DNA from: an uncultured Alphaproteobacteria bacterium
Lineage (GTDB): Bacteria; Pseudomonadota; Alphaproteobacteria; Rhizobiales; Beijerinckiaceae
Assembly (NCBI GenBank): GCA_963811555.1
Contig: CAWESG010000016.1
Location: forward strand, 9,743-73,742
Length of the DNA stretch: 64,000 bases
Direction: 5' to 3'
Position 1 is the stretch's first letter; every line of letters begins with the position of its first letter. The notes under the pieces were generated by a model. That model had not been told where the DNA came from, did no database searches, and saw only the letters and a list, made by a program, of their open reading frames with translations. Position numbers and translations under genes: made by a program. Of this stretch, positions 18,670-30,480 are shown piece after piece.

Positions 18670-19626
18670 TCAGGCCGGTTCGAGCTTGCGATGCACGAAG
18701 ATTTGGGCGAGCGCGCTGGACGCGACGCGCGAACGAATGTCGTCGGCGCGGCTTGTCAGAATAATCGGCACGCGCGCCCCGAGCACCAATCCGGCGTCTT
18801 CCGCTCCGGCGAGAAAGACGAGCTGTTTCGCGAGAATATTCCCGGCTTCGAGATCGGGCGCCACAAGGATATCGGCGTCGCCGGCGACCGGCGACACAAT
18901 ATTCTTCGACTTCGCGGCCTCTGGCGAGATGGCGTTGTCGAAGGCGAGAGGCCCGTCGAGCAGCGCGCCCGTTATCTGACCGCGATCGGCCATTTTACAC
19001 AGCGCCGCAGCATCGATTGTCGAAATGATTTTGGCGTCGACGGTTTCGACCGCGGACAATATCGCGACCTTCGGACGCTCGATCCCCAGCGCATGCGCGA
19101 GGTCGATGGCGTTTTGCACAATGTCGCGCTTGTCGTCGAGCGACGGGTAGATGTTGATCGCTGCATCGGTGACGAAGAGCGGCTTGCAGTAAGAGGGCGC
19201 GTCCAGAACGAAAACATGGCTGATGCGGCGTTCGGTGCGCAGACCATTGTCCTTGCGCACGACCGCGGCCATCACCTCGTCCGTGTGAAGCGAGCCCTTC
19301 ATCAAGGCGAAAAGCTTGCCGCGTCGCACGAGGTCCACGGCCTGTTCGGCCGCCGCATGGCTGTGGGGCGCATCGACAATTTCGACGCCGGAGAGGGACG
19401 CGCCGATCATGCGAGCGGCGGCTTCGATCTTGGCGCGTGGACCGATCAGCACAGGTACGATGAGCTGCTGATCGCGCGCCGCCAAGGCGCCCTCGAGCGA
19501 TAAGGCGTCGCAAGGGTGCACGACGCCGGCGCGGATCGGCGGCAATTGCTTTGCCTGCGCTACGATCGACTCCAGAATTTTATCGCAGGGCGGAGCCGCT
19601 TCCCTGACGGCTCGCGTAAGCAGCAT
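18670..19626 (-). CDS. phosphate acetyl/butyryltransferase family protein (no N-terminal MaoC domain)
   Basis: LMKGSLHTDE, TDAAINIYP, PKVAILSAVE, DGPLAFDNA, PDLEAGNILAK, LTSRAD motifs. Confidence 0.9.
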   Translation of the reverse strand: MLLTRAVREAAPPCDKILESIVAQAKQLPPIRAGVVHPCDALSLEGALAARDQQLIVPVLIGPRAKIEAAARMIGASLSGVEIVDAPHSHAAAEQAVDLVRRGKLFALMKGSLHTDEVMAAVVRKDNGLRTERRISHVFVLDAPSYCKPLFVTDAAINIYPSLDDKRDIVQNAIDLAHALGIERPKVAILSAVETVDAKIISTIDAAALCKMADRGQITGALLDGPLAFDNAISPEAAKSKNIVSPVAGDADILVAPDLEAGNILAKQLVFLAGAEDAGLVLGARVPIILTSRADDIRSRVASSALAQIFVHRKLEPA

Positions 19627-19644
19627 GACGGTCTCCCGATGCCT

Positions 19645-20041
19645 CTAGGATTTTTGCAGGCAACTATCCGTAACGGGTTCCACGGTGGGTGACAATCCGA
19701 TCCACGAGCCGACAAGCTGGGGGTCGAATCCCGCCTCGCAACGATCCCCGACGCGCATCAGAGGGCCGACGGATCAAGGTTGGATCGATGATCATCGTCA
19801 CCAAGGCTGTCTGCGGCGTCACCTTGTCGACGTCGATCTCGCCGGATTTCACCCGGGGAGATTCCTTATTGAACCATTCCTGCACGGGCTTCTCGCCAAA
19901 GTAAGGCCGCAGGCTGGAAACAGACCAGGGCTCGGCCAAAAGATTGCGCGCATCGACCGTATGGCCGGACGCCAGGAGCAGCGCTTTTTGCCGCGCATTG
20001 CCGGCGCAGCCGGGTTTTTCATAAAAGATCACATTCGCCAT
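19645..20041 (-). CDS. ArsC-fold nitrogenase-associated protein (NifO-like), apparent +1 frameshift near 19763
   Basis: VIFYEKPGCAGNARQKALLLASGH…WFN…PRVKSGEI…LIRRP, continuing in +1 frame as LMRVGDRCEAGFDP…WIGL to TAG at 19645. Confidence 0.85.
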
Positions 20042-20288
20042 GTTCAACCTCCGCCCATGGAATGATTGCGACGAACTTTAAGATCCGACCAAAAAACATA
20101 ACGGAAATTTGTGCGCCGCGAAATAGCGGCGATGACGCTTATCGCGCATATTTCATGCACCATCACGACAGAAATACGTCTTTTTGGCGCAGGCGCGATG
20201 GTCTGGCGCTGCGATGCACAGACCTTAGGCTGTGCGCCGATTGCGTGGGCTGGAGGAAAGGCTGGTGAAGGAGGTTGAACGGCGGCGT

Positions 20289-21062
20289 CTAGCCGGACGC
20301 CCCGTATTTGTGCAGATGCGCGCCATGCGCCGAGAGCCAGGACTCGGCCTGATCGGTATGCGCGCAGATGCGGCGGGTCAGATCCCAGAAGCGGGATGAA
20401 TGGTCCAGATGAACAAGATGCGCGACTTCATGAGCGGCGAGATAATCGAGCACGAACGGCGGCGCCATGATCAAGCGCCACGAAAAATTCAGCGAGCCCG
20501 AAGCAGAGCACGAGCCCCAGCGACTGACCGTATCGCGCAGACCGACGCTTCGCATCGGCAAGCAGAGCGCGGAGGTGTGGCGTTCGACCGCCGCCTCCAG
20601 ATCGCGCCGCGCCTCGCGCTTGAAGTGGTCCCGCACCCGCCGATGAAAATGTTCGGCCGCGCCGGCGATGCAGAGCGCAAATTCAGCGTCATGGTCTGAA
20701 CCGTCGACGAGCTGCTCGGCCCAAACCGTACCCCGAGCGGAAGGCCGGTGCAAAAGAGCATGGTCCACGCCTCTCACCGGAACGATGGAGCCTGGCGCGA
20801 ACGGGATCGTCGCAGGCAACCGCTTGAGCCTTGCCGCGATCCATGCGGCATGGCGTTCGGTAAATTCACGAGCGTCGCGCATCGAAGCGCGTCTTGGCAT
20901 GGTGAGGACCGCGTCCCGCGCAGCGAAGCGAACGCGTAAGGTGAAACGCCGCGCACTCGCTAATCGCCGCAGGGAGACGGAGATCGATTCACCGGCGTGC
21001 GAGATTGTGATGGACAGTGAGCCTGCGGTCTTTGCAGGACCGTCACGTTGAATGCGAAGCAT
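20289..21062 (-). CDS. M48/YgjP (DUF45) family zinc-dependent hydrolase
   Basis: RDTVSRWGSCS, LNFSWRLIMAP, DYLAAHEVAHL (HExxH), HSSRFW. Confidence 0.9.
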   Translation of the reverse strand: MLRIQRDGPAKTAGSLSITISHAGESISVSLRRLASARRFTLRVRFAARDAVLTMPRRASMRDAREFTERHAAWIAARLKRLPATIPFAPGSIVPVRGVDHALLHRPSARGTVWAEQLVDGSDHDAEFALCIAGAAEHFHRRVRDHFKREARRDLEAAVERHTSALCLPMRSVGLRDTVSRWGSCSASGSLNFSWRLIMAPPFVLDYLAAHEVAHLVHLDHSSRFWDLTRRICAHTDQAESWLSAHGAHLHKYGASG

Positions 21063-21163
21063 GGCGATATGCTAACGCATATGGCGGGTGAGTCGCGACA
21101 AAGAAAAATACGCCGAGCGAAAAATTTTTTGGGAACAATTCCAAATGACCCGTTGCGGCGTCG

Positions 21164-21811
21164 TCACAGATAGCGCTCCAACTCGCGCGCCGCATCGGCG
21201 GGACGTCGCGCCACATTGAATGGACTGACGAAGCGACCGTTCTTGTCCATGAGATAAACAACGGTCGTATGATCGACCGAATAGTCCTCGCCTTCGCCTG
21301 GAGCGCGTTTTGCGTAAATCCGATATTCATTCAACATTGGATCGAGCGCCGCGTGATCTCCGGAAAGCCCGATAATGCGTGGATCGAAATTGGCGAGATA
21401 GTCCTTCAGCACGGCCGGGGTGTCGCGTTCGGGATCGACGGTTACGAACAAGGCGCCGATTTTCGCTTGAGGACCCAGCGCGCGCAAAACCTCCGACATT
21501 TCGAAAAGCGTCGTATGGCAAATGTCGGGACAGTGCGTGTAACCGAAGAACACGAGGAACGGGCGGCCGAGCAACTCCTTGTCCGTCACCGTCTGGCCAT
21601 TCTGCGCGGTCAATTGAAACGGGCCGCCGATTGCAGACGCCGCTGTCGAGGGCGGTCGCAAGCTCGTATACGCAACGACAGCCGCGAACAGCGCCGCGAA
21701 GCCGACGCCAATCATTACAATTGGCAGCTTGGGAATATTTGGACCTTTTGCATTCTTTGGATTTGACGATTTGCCCTTGGCCGAGGTTCTCACAGAGCTT
21801 CCATTGGACAT
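21164..21811 (-). CDS. SCO1/SenC family copper chaperone
   Basis: N-terminal TM, IGGPFQL, FGYTHCPDIC (CxxxC), VDPERDT, YSVDHT. Confidence 0.93.
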   Translation of the reverse strand: MSNGSSVRTSAKGKSSNPKNAKGPNIPKLPIVMIGVGFAALFAAVVAYTSLRPPSTAASAIGGPFQLTAQNGQTVTDKELLGRPFLVFFGYTHCPDICHTTLFEMSEVLRALGPQAKIGALFVTVDPERDTPAVLKDYLANFDPRIIGLSGDHAALDPMLNEYRIYAKRAPGEGEDYSVDHTTVVYLMDKNGRFVSPFNVARRPADAARELERYL

Positions 21812-21890
21812 GCGTTTGTTTCCTCAAAAGCCGTCGCCGTTCTTCAGGACGGATAGAGATTTCGCTTCGCGGGACCGCTCGACGGCGGCT

Positions 21891-22241
21891 TCAATCCACT
21901 AGAATAATGTGAGCGTCATTGCATAAATCCACCGGGGCGACGTCGTTAACGTCCTCGAATTTCCAGCGCGCCTCGAATACGCATCCCTTCGCGCCAAGAA
22001 GAGGAACGCTGATGCTCTGCCCGCCGGAAAGCGGCTTTTCGAGTTTTCCAACAATCGTCTCCGGCTCCTTGCCTTTTGCAGGCATGACAATCTCGAAGGT
22101 CTGAAGCGACACAGGCCGTTTGTTTTCCAAATTGACGGCCGTCGCCGTCTTTGGTTTCGGCGGCGCCTTCGTTTTGGACGCGGCGGACGAGGTGGCGCAG
22201 CCAATGGCGATAAGAGCCGCTATCGCCGCGCGCAGTGTCAT
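21891..22241 (-). CDS. small secreted hypothetical protein
   Basis: Signal peptide MTLRAAIAALIAIGCATSSAA; beta-rich domain ending GCVFEARWKFED…VDLC; RBS GGAAGG. Confidence 0.6.
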   Translation of the reverse strand: MTLRAAIAALIAIGCATSSAASKTKAPPKPKTATAVNLENKRPVSLQTFEIVMPAKGKEPETIVGKLEKPLSGGQSISVPLLGAKGCVFEARWKFEDVNDVAPVDLCNDAHIILVD

Positions 22242-22442
22242 TATATTTCCTTCCCTTGCGGAGAACTTAGCCTCATCCGCGGCGTTCGCCAAGCGGCGCA
22301 GCGGAACCGCGCTCGCACAGATCGCTCGCCTTTGTCGCCGCATTGCGCAAAGCGACACGGCCAAGTGACGCGAAAAGCGCGCTGGTGCTATAAGAGCGTA
22401 AACGCGAAAAGCTGATTCTCTAGCGAATTACGGCGAAAAAAC

Positions 22443-24002
22443 ATGGCAGACACCTCACACGACGCCCCGGGCAAAATTCTCGTGGGCGCGAGCGGAAAAG
22501 GGGAGCGTGACCGCGTCTATCAATATCAATTGCTGGCGCTTGGCAATCGGCATGGCCTTATCACAGGCGCGACGGGCGGCGGCAAGACAGTCTCCCTGCA
22601 GCTTCTCGCGGAAGGCTTCTCAAACGCGGGCGTCGCCGTTTTCGCCGCCGACATAAAAGGCGATCTCGCAGGCTTGTCGCAAGCGGGGGATGGCAAGCCT
22701 CCCTTTGTCGCACGCGCAAAGGAAATCGGCGTTCCCTACGTCGCCGACCGCTTTCCCGTCGTCTTCTGGGACATTTTCGGCGAACAGGGCCACCCCGTTC
22801 GCGCGACCGTCTCCGAGATGGGTCCGCTGCTCGTCGCGAGACTGCTCGAACTCAACGAGACGCAAGAGGGCGTGCTCAATATCGTTTTTCGCGTCGCCGA
22901 CGAACAGGGCCTGCTGCTGCTCGATCTGAAGGATCTGCGCGCGGTGTTGACCTATGTCGCTGACAACGCCTCCGAGTTGCAAACTAAATATGGAAATGTC
23001 GCGCCCGCGACGATCGGCGCCATTCAGCGGCAGCTTCTGGTTCTCGAAACGCAGGGCGGAGAAAAATTTTTCGGCGAGCCGGCTCTCGAAATCTCGGATT
23101 TTCTGCGCACTGACAAAGATGGCCGCGGTGTCGTCAATATCCTCGCCGCCGACAAATTAATGCGCTCGCCGCGCCTTTACGCCACCTTCCTGCTGTGGAT
23201 GCTGTCGGAACTTTTCGAACATCTGCCGGAGGTCGGCGATCTCGACAAGCCGAAGCTCGTCTTCTTCTTCGACGAAGCGCATCTTCTGTTCGACAATGCG
23301 CCAAAACCGCTTCTCACCGCCATCGAGCAAGTCGTGAGGCTTATCCGCTCAAAGGGCGCCGGGGTTTACTTCATCACGCAAAATCCGCTGGACGTGCCCG
23401 ACAGCGTTTTGGGTCAACTCGGCAATCGCATCGAGCACGCGTTGCGCGCCTTTACGCCGCGCGACCAGAAAGCCGTGCGCGCGGCGGCTCAAACCTTCAG
23501 GCAAAATCCGGCCTTCGACACCGCCGAGGCGATCATGCAGTTGGGCGTCGGCGAAGCGCTCGTTTCCATGCTCGATGCGAAAGGCTCGCCCAGCATGGTG
23601 GAGAGAACGCTGATTGCGCCGCCGGCCGCAAGGGTTGGTCCCGTCACCGCGGAGGAACGCAAGGCGACAATTCTTCAAAGCCCGTTGCAGGGGAAATACG
23701 ATACCTCGATCGACCGCGAATCCGCCTTTGAGATTTTGCAGAAGCGCGCCGAAGTCCGCTCCGCGAACGCGGGCGCAGGTCCCGCATCGCAATCTCCGCC
23801 CACCGCGCAGGCTCCTTCAGGCGGCGGCCTGCTGGGATCGCTTGGCGGCATTGTCGGCGGGCTGTTCACGCGCTCCAATTCCAAACGCATGTCGACCGGC
23901 GAACTCGTCGTGCGCTCCGCGGTGCAGTCGGCGGCGCGCTCGGCCGGCACGCAGATCACGAGAGCGGTGCTGCGCGGCGTGCTCGGCGGCATGTCGCGCT
24001 GA
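22443..24002 (+). CDS. HerA-like ATPase (DUF853/YjgR family)
   Basis: [15 protein letters not shown] Walker [17 protein letters not shown] Walker [13 protein letters not shown]. Confidence 0.93.
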   Translation: MADTSHDAPGKILVGASGKGERDRVYQYQLLALGNRHGLITGATGGGKTVSLQLLAEGFSNAGVAVFAADIKGDLAGLSQAGDGKPPFVARAKEIGVPYVADRFPVVFWDIFGEQGHPVRATVSEMGPLLVARLLELNETQEGVLNIVFRVADEQGLLLLDLKDLRAVLTYVADNASELQTKYGNVAPATIGAIQRQLLVLETQGGEKFFGEPALEISDFLRTDKDGRGVVNILAADKLMRSPRLYATFLLWMLSELFEHLPEVGDLDKPKLVFFFDEAHLLFDNAPKPLLTAIEQVVRLIRSKGAGVYFITQNPLDVPDSVLGQLGNRIEHALRAFTPRDQKAVRAAAQTFRQNPAFDTAEAIMQLGVGEALVSMLDAKGSPSMVERTLIAPPAARVGPVTAEERKATILQSPLQGKYDTSIDRESAFEILQKRAEVRSANAGAGPASQSPPTAQAPSGGGLLGSLGGIVGGLFTRSNSKRMSTGELVVRSAVQSAARSAGTQITRAVLRGVLGGMSR

Positions 24003-24011
24003 AACGAGCAG

Positions 24012-24524
24012 CTATCTGTCGATGAGAGCAAGCGGCGGATCGCGTTTCTCGCGCCTTGAGCCGCGCACTGCGATGAACCAATAAATCGAACCCGTCACCG
24101 CGCCGGTGAGAAAAAACAGCAGCGCGAAGCGTCCTTCGAGCGAGCTTGCGCGATGCGCATTGGCGAGTCCGCGAGAAGCCCGCGCAATCCAGGGCGAGGC
24201 GGCGGCCAGCAACGCGCTTGCGCCGACATACCATGTCCAACTGGCGACTCCCGCGACTTCGCCAATCAAGGCCGCGATGGCGAGCGGCGCGGCGCAAACG
24301 CCAATGAACACCGCCCAAAAGACAAAACCGAGCGCGGAGACCGCGAAATCGGGCGAACCGTCCTGCATCATATTGTCCATGATGGCGACGAAGCCCGCAA
24401 TCGTCGCGTCAAATCCCGCTTCGCGCGTCGCCGAATCGAAGAGAGCCGCGGTCGGCAGGAAGACCGCTCCCGCGCCTGTCGCGATCAGAAAAGCGAATGT
24501 CATGACGATGATGCGGCGGAGCAT
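24012..24524 (-). CDS. hypothetical integral membrane protein
   Basis: Four hydrophobic segments; directly downstream of the HNH gene. Confidence 0.75.
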   Translation of the reverse strand: MLRRIIVMTFAFLIATGAGAVFLPTAALFDSATREAGFDATIAGFVAIMDNMMQDGSPDFAVSALGFVFWAVFIGVCAAPLAIAALIGEVAGVASWTWYVGASALLAAASPWIARASRGLANAHRASSLEGRFALLFFLTGAVTGSIYWFIAVRGSRREKRDPPLALIDR

Positions 24525-24532
24525 TCTTGCGC

Positions 24533-25105
24533 TTATGGCTCCAGCACCGAGTCCCAGTAAAGATAATCCATCCAGCTTTCGTGCAGGTAATTGGGTGGAA
24601 ACAGGCGCCCGTTGCGATGCAGATCTGCGACCGTCGGCTGGAAAGGCGCCTGAGCTGGCGCCATGTGAGCCTCATTCGGCAGTCGATCGCCCTTCCGCAG
24701 ATTGCATGGCGAACAAGCGGCGACGACGTTTTCCCATGTCGTCGCCCCGCCTTTTGAGCGCGGAACGACGTGGTCGAACGTCAGTTCCTCCTGCTCTCCA
24801 CAATATTGGCAGGTGAAACGATCGCGCAGAAACACGTTGAATCGCGTGAAGGCCGGATGCCGCGACGGACGAACATAGGCCTTCAACGAAACGACCGACG
24901 GAAGCCTGATTTCGAAACTCGGGCTTCGCACGACCTTGTCATATTCCGAGACAATATTCACGCGGTCGAGGAAGACCGCCTTGATGGCGTCCTGCCACCC
25001 CCAAAGCGAGAGCGGATAATAGCTCAACGGCCGATAGTCGGCGTTCAGCACCAGGGCCGGGCAGGCCTGGGGCGACACATTTGGCTGTCGAAATAGAGCC
25101 GTCAC
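24533..25105 (-). CDS. HNH endonuclease (conserved alphaproteobacterial McrA-like type)
   Basis: LVLNADYRPLS, RDRFTCQYCG, TFDHVVPRSKGG, NVVAACSPCNLRKG. Confidence 0.93.
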   Translation of the reverse strand: MTALFRQPNVSPQACPALVLNADYRPLSYYPLSLWGWQDAIKAVFLDRVNIVSEYDKVVRSPSFEIRLPSVVSLKAYVRPSRHPAFTRFNVFLRDRFTCQYCGEQEELTFDHVVPRSKGGATTWENVVAACSPCNLRKGDRLPNEAHMAPAQAPFQPTVADLHRNGRLFPPNYLHESWMDYLYWDSVLEP

Positions 25106-25474
25106 GCGCAACCGCCTCCGCAAGTGACGGCGGCGAGAGCGACCGTCGAATCTGCAGCGAACACGCCAACACTCTACAGGGAGGATGACGCCATTGTGAA
25201 GGAGGCGCCCTCCGTTTCGAGACCCGCTATCCCTGCAAGTCGAGCAAGCTGGCGGTTTCTCTTAGCTTTTTCCGGCCGCTTGGTCGAGCGGAGCCGCAAA
25301 TTCGGCCTTCCGTCCAATGATTTCCGCTCCAACTGGCTGAATCGGCCGTGTTTTGCGCGGACGAAACAGAAGCCGTCAGCGCACGCCAGCGGCCGCCGTC
25401 GGGAGCCGCGACGACTCTATCGACGCGCATAAATTCCTGTTACGAGAACAGCATTGGCCCGTTTGAACGCTGCC

Positions 25475-26717
25475 GTGATCAAAATTCTTCACACTGCCGA
25501 CTGGCACCTCGGCGCGACCTTGCAAGGCTGGTCGCGCGAGACGGAACATCGCAAGGCGCTGGCGCAGATTGTCGGCATCGCCAAGACGCGCGAAGTCGAT
25601 GCGATCATTGTGGCCGGCGATATCTTCGACAGCCTGAATCCCTCCGCCGACGCGCAACGACTGCTCTTCGAGACCCTCAAAGACCTGCGCGCCGTGCGGC
25701 CCGAACGCCGTCATCGCGCTCGTCGCCGGCAATCACGACCCTGCCGGCCGTTTGGAGGCGCCCCGCGCTCTTTTCGATCTCATCGGCGTCGTCGCCGTCG
25801 GCACGATTGGCCGGCGCGAGCGCGAGATCGACACTGGCGTTCATCTGACGCCGCTGCGTGATTCCACGGGGCGGGTCGGCGCGCATCTTCTGCTCGCGCC
25901 ATACCCGCGCGAAAGCGATCTTCCGCTTGCGACGGGAGACATCGTCGGTTCGCCCGTCGTGTGGAGAGCGCGCGAGTTCTATCGAGAAATGATCGCGGCG
26001 GCGCGGCGCGAGATTGGCCAAAGCCCGTTGATCGTGACAGGCCATCTGCATGTGGCCGGAGGAATTGAATCGGAAGGAGCTGAACGACGCATTCTCGTCG
26101 GCGGCGAACATGCCGTTCCTTTTGACGTCTTTCCCAACGATATCGCCTATGTCGCGCTCGGTCATTTGCATCGCCCGCAATGCGTCGGCCGCGAGACCAT
26201 CCGCTATTCGGGTTCCCTGTTTCCGCTATCGAAAACGGAAATCGACTATGATCATGGCGTGACCATCGTCACGATCGACGGCGATCCGGAGAATACTCCG
26301 CGCGTTGAAATCGAACATGCGCCGCTTGCGAGATCGACGCCCTGTCTTCGCATTCCTTCGCGCGGCGCTCTGCCGCTCGGCGAAGTCGAGGCGGCCTTCG
26401 CGGCGCTCAGCGTCGACCCCGCGACGCCGGAAGGAGAGCGCCCCTATGTGCATCTTTGCGTCGCGCTCGATGGACCGGCCGTGGGAGTGAAATCCGAGGT
26501 CGACGCCATTGCCGAACGATTTCCAATCCGGCTCGTCTCGCTTTCGGTCGAGCGGTCGCAAAAGGATAGCGACGTCCAGCCGGCGCCGCTCGCCTTGCGC
26601 CTTGTGGAGCGCGCGCCCGTGGATTTGTTTTGCGAAGCCTTCGAGCGCGAACACAACGTCGCGCCCTCAAGCGACCATCTGACGCTTTTCCACGCCGCCG
26701 CCGCGACGGAGGAGTGA
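25475..26717 (+). CDS. sbcD: exonuclease SbcD (Mre11-like), apparent +1 frameshift near 25700
   Basis: HTADWHLG, AGDIFD, (shifted) AGNHD, YVALGHLHRPQ, RYSGS motifs. Confidence 0.92.
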
Positions 26718-26718
26718 G

Positions 26719-29700
26719 TTGCGCATTTTGGCGATTCGCGGTGAAAATCTGGCAAGTCTCGCCGATCGATTTGAGATTGATTTTGAGAGGGAGCCCCTGC
26801 GCGGCGCCGGACTTTTCGCCATCACAGGCGAGACCGGCGCCGGCAAATCGACGATCCTCGACGCGCTCTGCCTCGCGCTTTACGACAATTTCCCGCGCGT
26901 TGGCTCGCAAGGCGGCGACGCTGGCGCGCTCGATTCCTCAGGACAGCCGATTTCGGCAAGCGATCCGCGATCTATTTTACGGCGCGGCGCAAGCCGAGGG
27001 TTCGCGGAAGTCGATTTTCTCGCTCGTAACGGACTTCGCTATCGCGCGCGTTGCGAGCTTATGCGCGCGAGAGGCAAGGCGACCGGCAATCTGCAGCCGC
27101 GCGCGCGCAGCCTGCATGAAATCGACGACGCTGGAACGCTCATCGCGCCCGTCGCATCCGGCGTCGAGCCGGTGCGCGAGAAAATCGTCGAATTGACCGA
27201 CCTGACGTTTGAGCAGTTCCGACGCACAGTCCTGCTGGCGCAGGGAGATTTCGACGCATTCCTGCGCGCCAACTCCAAGGAGCGCGCGGAGCTTTTGGAA
27301 AAGATCACCGGCGCATCGATTTACGCAATCATCTCGAAAAACGTGTTTCAGCGCACGAAGGAAGCGGAAAACGGCGTCGCGACGCTCAGACAGCGTCTCG
27401 CCGACATTCGCCTTCTTGATGCTGAAAGCCGCGTGGGGCTTTCATCTCAAATCCAGGACGCCGAAGACAAACGCGCCAGACTGCAGCAGGCGCGAGAGAC
27501 CGCGTTGATCGAGCTTCGCCGGCATGAAACAATCGCGGCGGCCCAAACGCGCGCTGCCCATGCAACCGGCCGAGCGGGACGCCGCCTTGGCGGAGCTGGA
27601 CTCGCTTGCGGAGATTCGCGCCCGCCTCGCTTTGCTCGAAAAGGCGGAGCCCTTGCGCGCGCTCGCGCAGCAGCAGGAAAAATCCGAGCGCGCGTTGCGG
27701 GATGCAAGAGCGGCGCAAGAGTCGGCGCAATCGAACGAAAGCGCCGCGCAGAAATTTGAGCTCGATTTGCGTGAGCGGGAACATATTGCAGCCGCCGCCT
27801 TTGAGCTCGCAGACAGCCAATTGCAATATTTTGCACCGCTTTGGTCGCAAGCCGAAAGTCTCGACTCCAGGATCGGCGTCGCAGCGAAAGAAAGCGCGAG
27901 GGCGCAGGAAAACGCCTTAGCCACGCAGAAGAATCTTGACGAAAAGCAACAAGCGCATGCGAAACTCGCGCAAGAGCTTCGGCAACTGCGCTCCGATTTG
28001 CAAGAGGCGCGCAATTTGATGGAGCGCCTGTCGAGCGCGCGGCCCTTGCACGAACAATGGCCGGATATTGAGGATTGGCTCGAAAAGCGTAGCGGCTTTG
28101 CGTTTCAATGCGCGAGCAACAAGACCCGTCTCTCCCAGCTTGCTCAAGACATCGGGCGCTCCGACGCGCTTCTCGCCTTGCTTGAAGCCGCGGACGCCAA
28201 AGACCGCGAAGAGCGCGATCGGCTCGCGGCCAAGATCGAAGAGCGAGACCAGGCGTTGACCGCGCTTGATGAAGCTACGGCGCAGGCGCGAGCGCGCAAA
28301 TTGGAAACAATTTCTCAATTGGTCGCGGAGCTTTCGATTGCCGCGAGCCGTCACCAAGAGGCGACCCGCTCCTATTCTCGGGCGACCGCCGATCTCGACG
28401 CCGCCAGTCGCGCCGAACAAGTGGAGACGGCCTCTATTGCCTCCTTGCGACAGTTGCGCGCGCTCGAGGAAGCGCGGCGTGAAGAAACCGAGCGCTTGGG
28501 GGAGCTAGCCGACGCGACGTCATCGAATGAGGCTCTAAAACTGCGCGCAAGCCTTATCGATGGAGAGCCTTGCCCCGTATGCGGCGCAGCCGACCATCCA
28601 CATAGACATTCGAGCGACGCCGCACAAATCCTGGTCGATGAGTTGCGCGCGCGACGAGATGAGCTTCGCGCCTCGATTGCGCGCGTCGATAGAGAACTGG
28701 CGCAGGCGAGCGAACGTCTCTCGACGGCGCATGCGCAGACGGAGGACGCGCGCCGTCGCATCGAGAGTTCGAAAACGGAACGGGCGAACGCGATTGGCGA
28801 CTATGTGCGCAGCATTGAAAGCCGGCCGCACGATGAGCAAGCGACGTTTCCTTCAATCGAGCGGGCGGAAGACGCGCTCAAGCAATGGGCGACGGAAATT
28901 CGCGAGGAGCGCGCGGCGCTCTCTCGTAAACTCGATCAGGCGCAGGCTTTGCGCGCTGATGGCGATGCGCTGCGTCGAGCGCATGACGCCCATGCGAGAG
29001 CGATCGACGAGCGTCGCAGCGAGCGAGAAACCATTGCGGGCGGGCGCGGCGTCGCCGCAATGGAAGCCGCGCGACTTGACTCGGAAACGAAAGGCTTGAA
29101 CGAGCGCATCGTTTCGATAGACCGCTCGCTTGCGCCCTTTCTGGCTTTGAGCAATCTCGCCGCCAGCGATCTGGACCGCGATCCTGCGGGAGCGAAGGCG
29201 CGTCTCGCTTCGAAGGGCGAAGAATATCGTAAAGCCTCGATACGCGTCGCAGAACTCGAAGAGACGCTCGCGCATCTTGCTCCTCGCGTCGCCGCTGCAG
29301 AAGCGGAGGCGCGTGAGGCCGCGAAGGCGGAACAATTGGGGAAAGAGACGGCGGCTCATCGCGCTAATGAACTCAAAACTTTACACGAGGAACGTGCGGC
29401 TCTTCTTGGAGGCGAAGCGACGCAGACGCATCGCGACCGCGTCAATGCTCTCGTGCGCGACGCTCGGGCGAGTCTCGACGAAATCGCGACAAAGCGAGCT
29501 CAATCGTCGGTCGCGCTCGCTTCGGCGCGCGAACGCGCGCGAGCCGCAAAGGAGGATGCCTCACGCGCCGATGAAGCCTGTGACGCCGCGCGATCAACCT
29601 GGCGGTCCGGGCTTGCGGGGACCGGACTGGATGAGGCGACGTGCCTCGCCTTATTTGCGACGTCCGCGGAAGAATGCGCGGCCATGCGCGCAAAGATTGA

Positions 29701-30476
29701 CGCGGCCGAACAACGCGCCGTGCTGGCGAAAGCCGCAGCGGCGGAGCGTCAGCGCGATCTCGAAGAGGCCCTCCGCGAGGGACGCCCCGAGCAAGATCGG
29801 GATCACCTCGAGGCGAGCGTTGGGCGGCTCAATGAGGAACTTTCGAAGTCTTGGCGAGAGCCTCGGCGCCGTCAAGGAGCGCATCGCAGCCGATGACATG
29901 GCGCGCGAACGCGCAGGCGAGTTAAGCGTCGAGATCGACGAATCGATGCGCGCGCATCGGACATGGGCGGAGATCAACGCCGCGATCGGCTCCGCGAGCG
30001 GCGATAAATTCCGGCGCTTCGCGCAAGGCGTTACGCTCGAACATTTGATCGCGCTGGCCAATCGTCATCTGGCGGCGCTCTCTCCCCGCTATGCGCTCGA
30101 ACGCGTCATGGGAGACGGCGGCGATCTTGGTCTGCAAATTATCGACCGCGATATGGCCGATGAACGTCGCTCGACACGATCCCTTTCTGGCGGCGAACGC
30201 TTTCTTGCGTCGCTCGCCTTGGCGCTCGCCCTGTGCAGTTTGGAAGGACGCGACACTTTCGTCGACACATTGTTTATCGACGAAGGTTTTGGAACGCTCG
30301 ATGCGGCGACGCTCGACGTCGCGATCGACGCGCTGGAAACATTGCCCGGTCAGGGCCGCAAGGTCGGCGTCATCAGCCATGTCGAATCGCTGCATCAGCG
30401 CATCGCCACGCAGATTCGGGTCGAAAAGCGAGGCGGCGGCGCAAGCGTGGTGCGCCTGCGTTCGCCGCTGAATTAG
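26719..30476 (+). CDS. sbcC: exonuclease SbcC (Rad50-like SMC ATPase), apparent +1 frameshifts near 27555 and 29850
   Basis: GETGAGKST Walker A, LLAQGDF Q-loop, coiled coil with CPVCG zinc hook, LSGGE signature, LFIDEGFG Walker B, VISHV; span is 3n+2. Confidence 0.92.
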
Positions 30477-30480
30477 ACGC

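Noticed and set aside
20042-20288. Sigma54 or FNR/FixK site upstream of the NifO-like gene
   Set aside because: No GG-N10-GC or TTGAT-N4-ATCAA match good enough to call
24533-25105. HNH as a homing endonuclease or defence-island marker
   Set aside because: Matches the conserved housekeeping-like alphaproteobacterial HNH type; no intron, methylase or compositional anomaly
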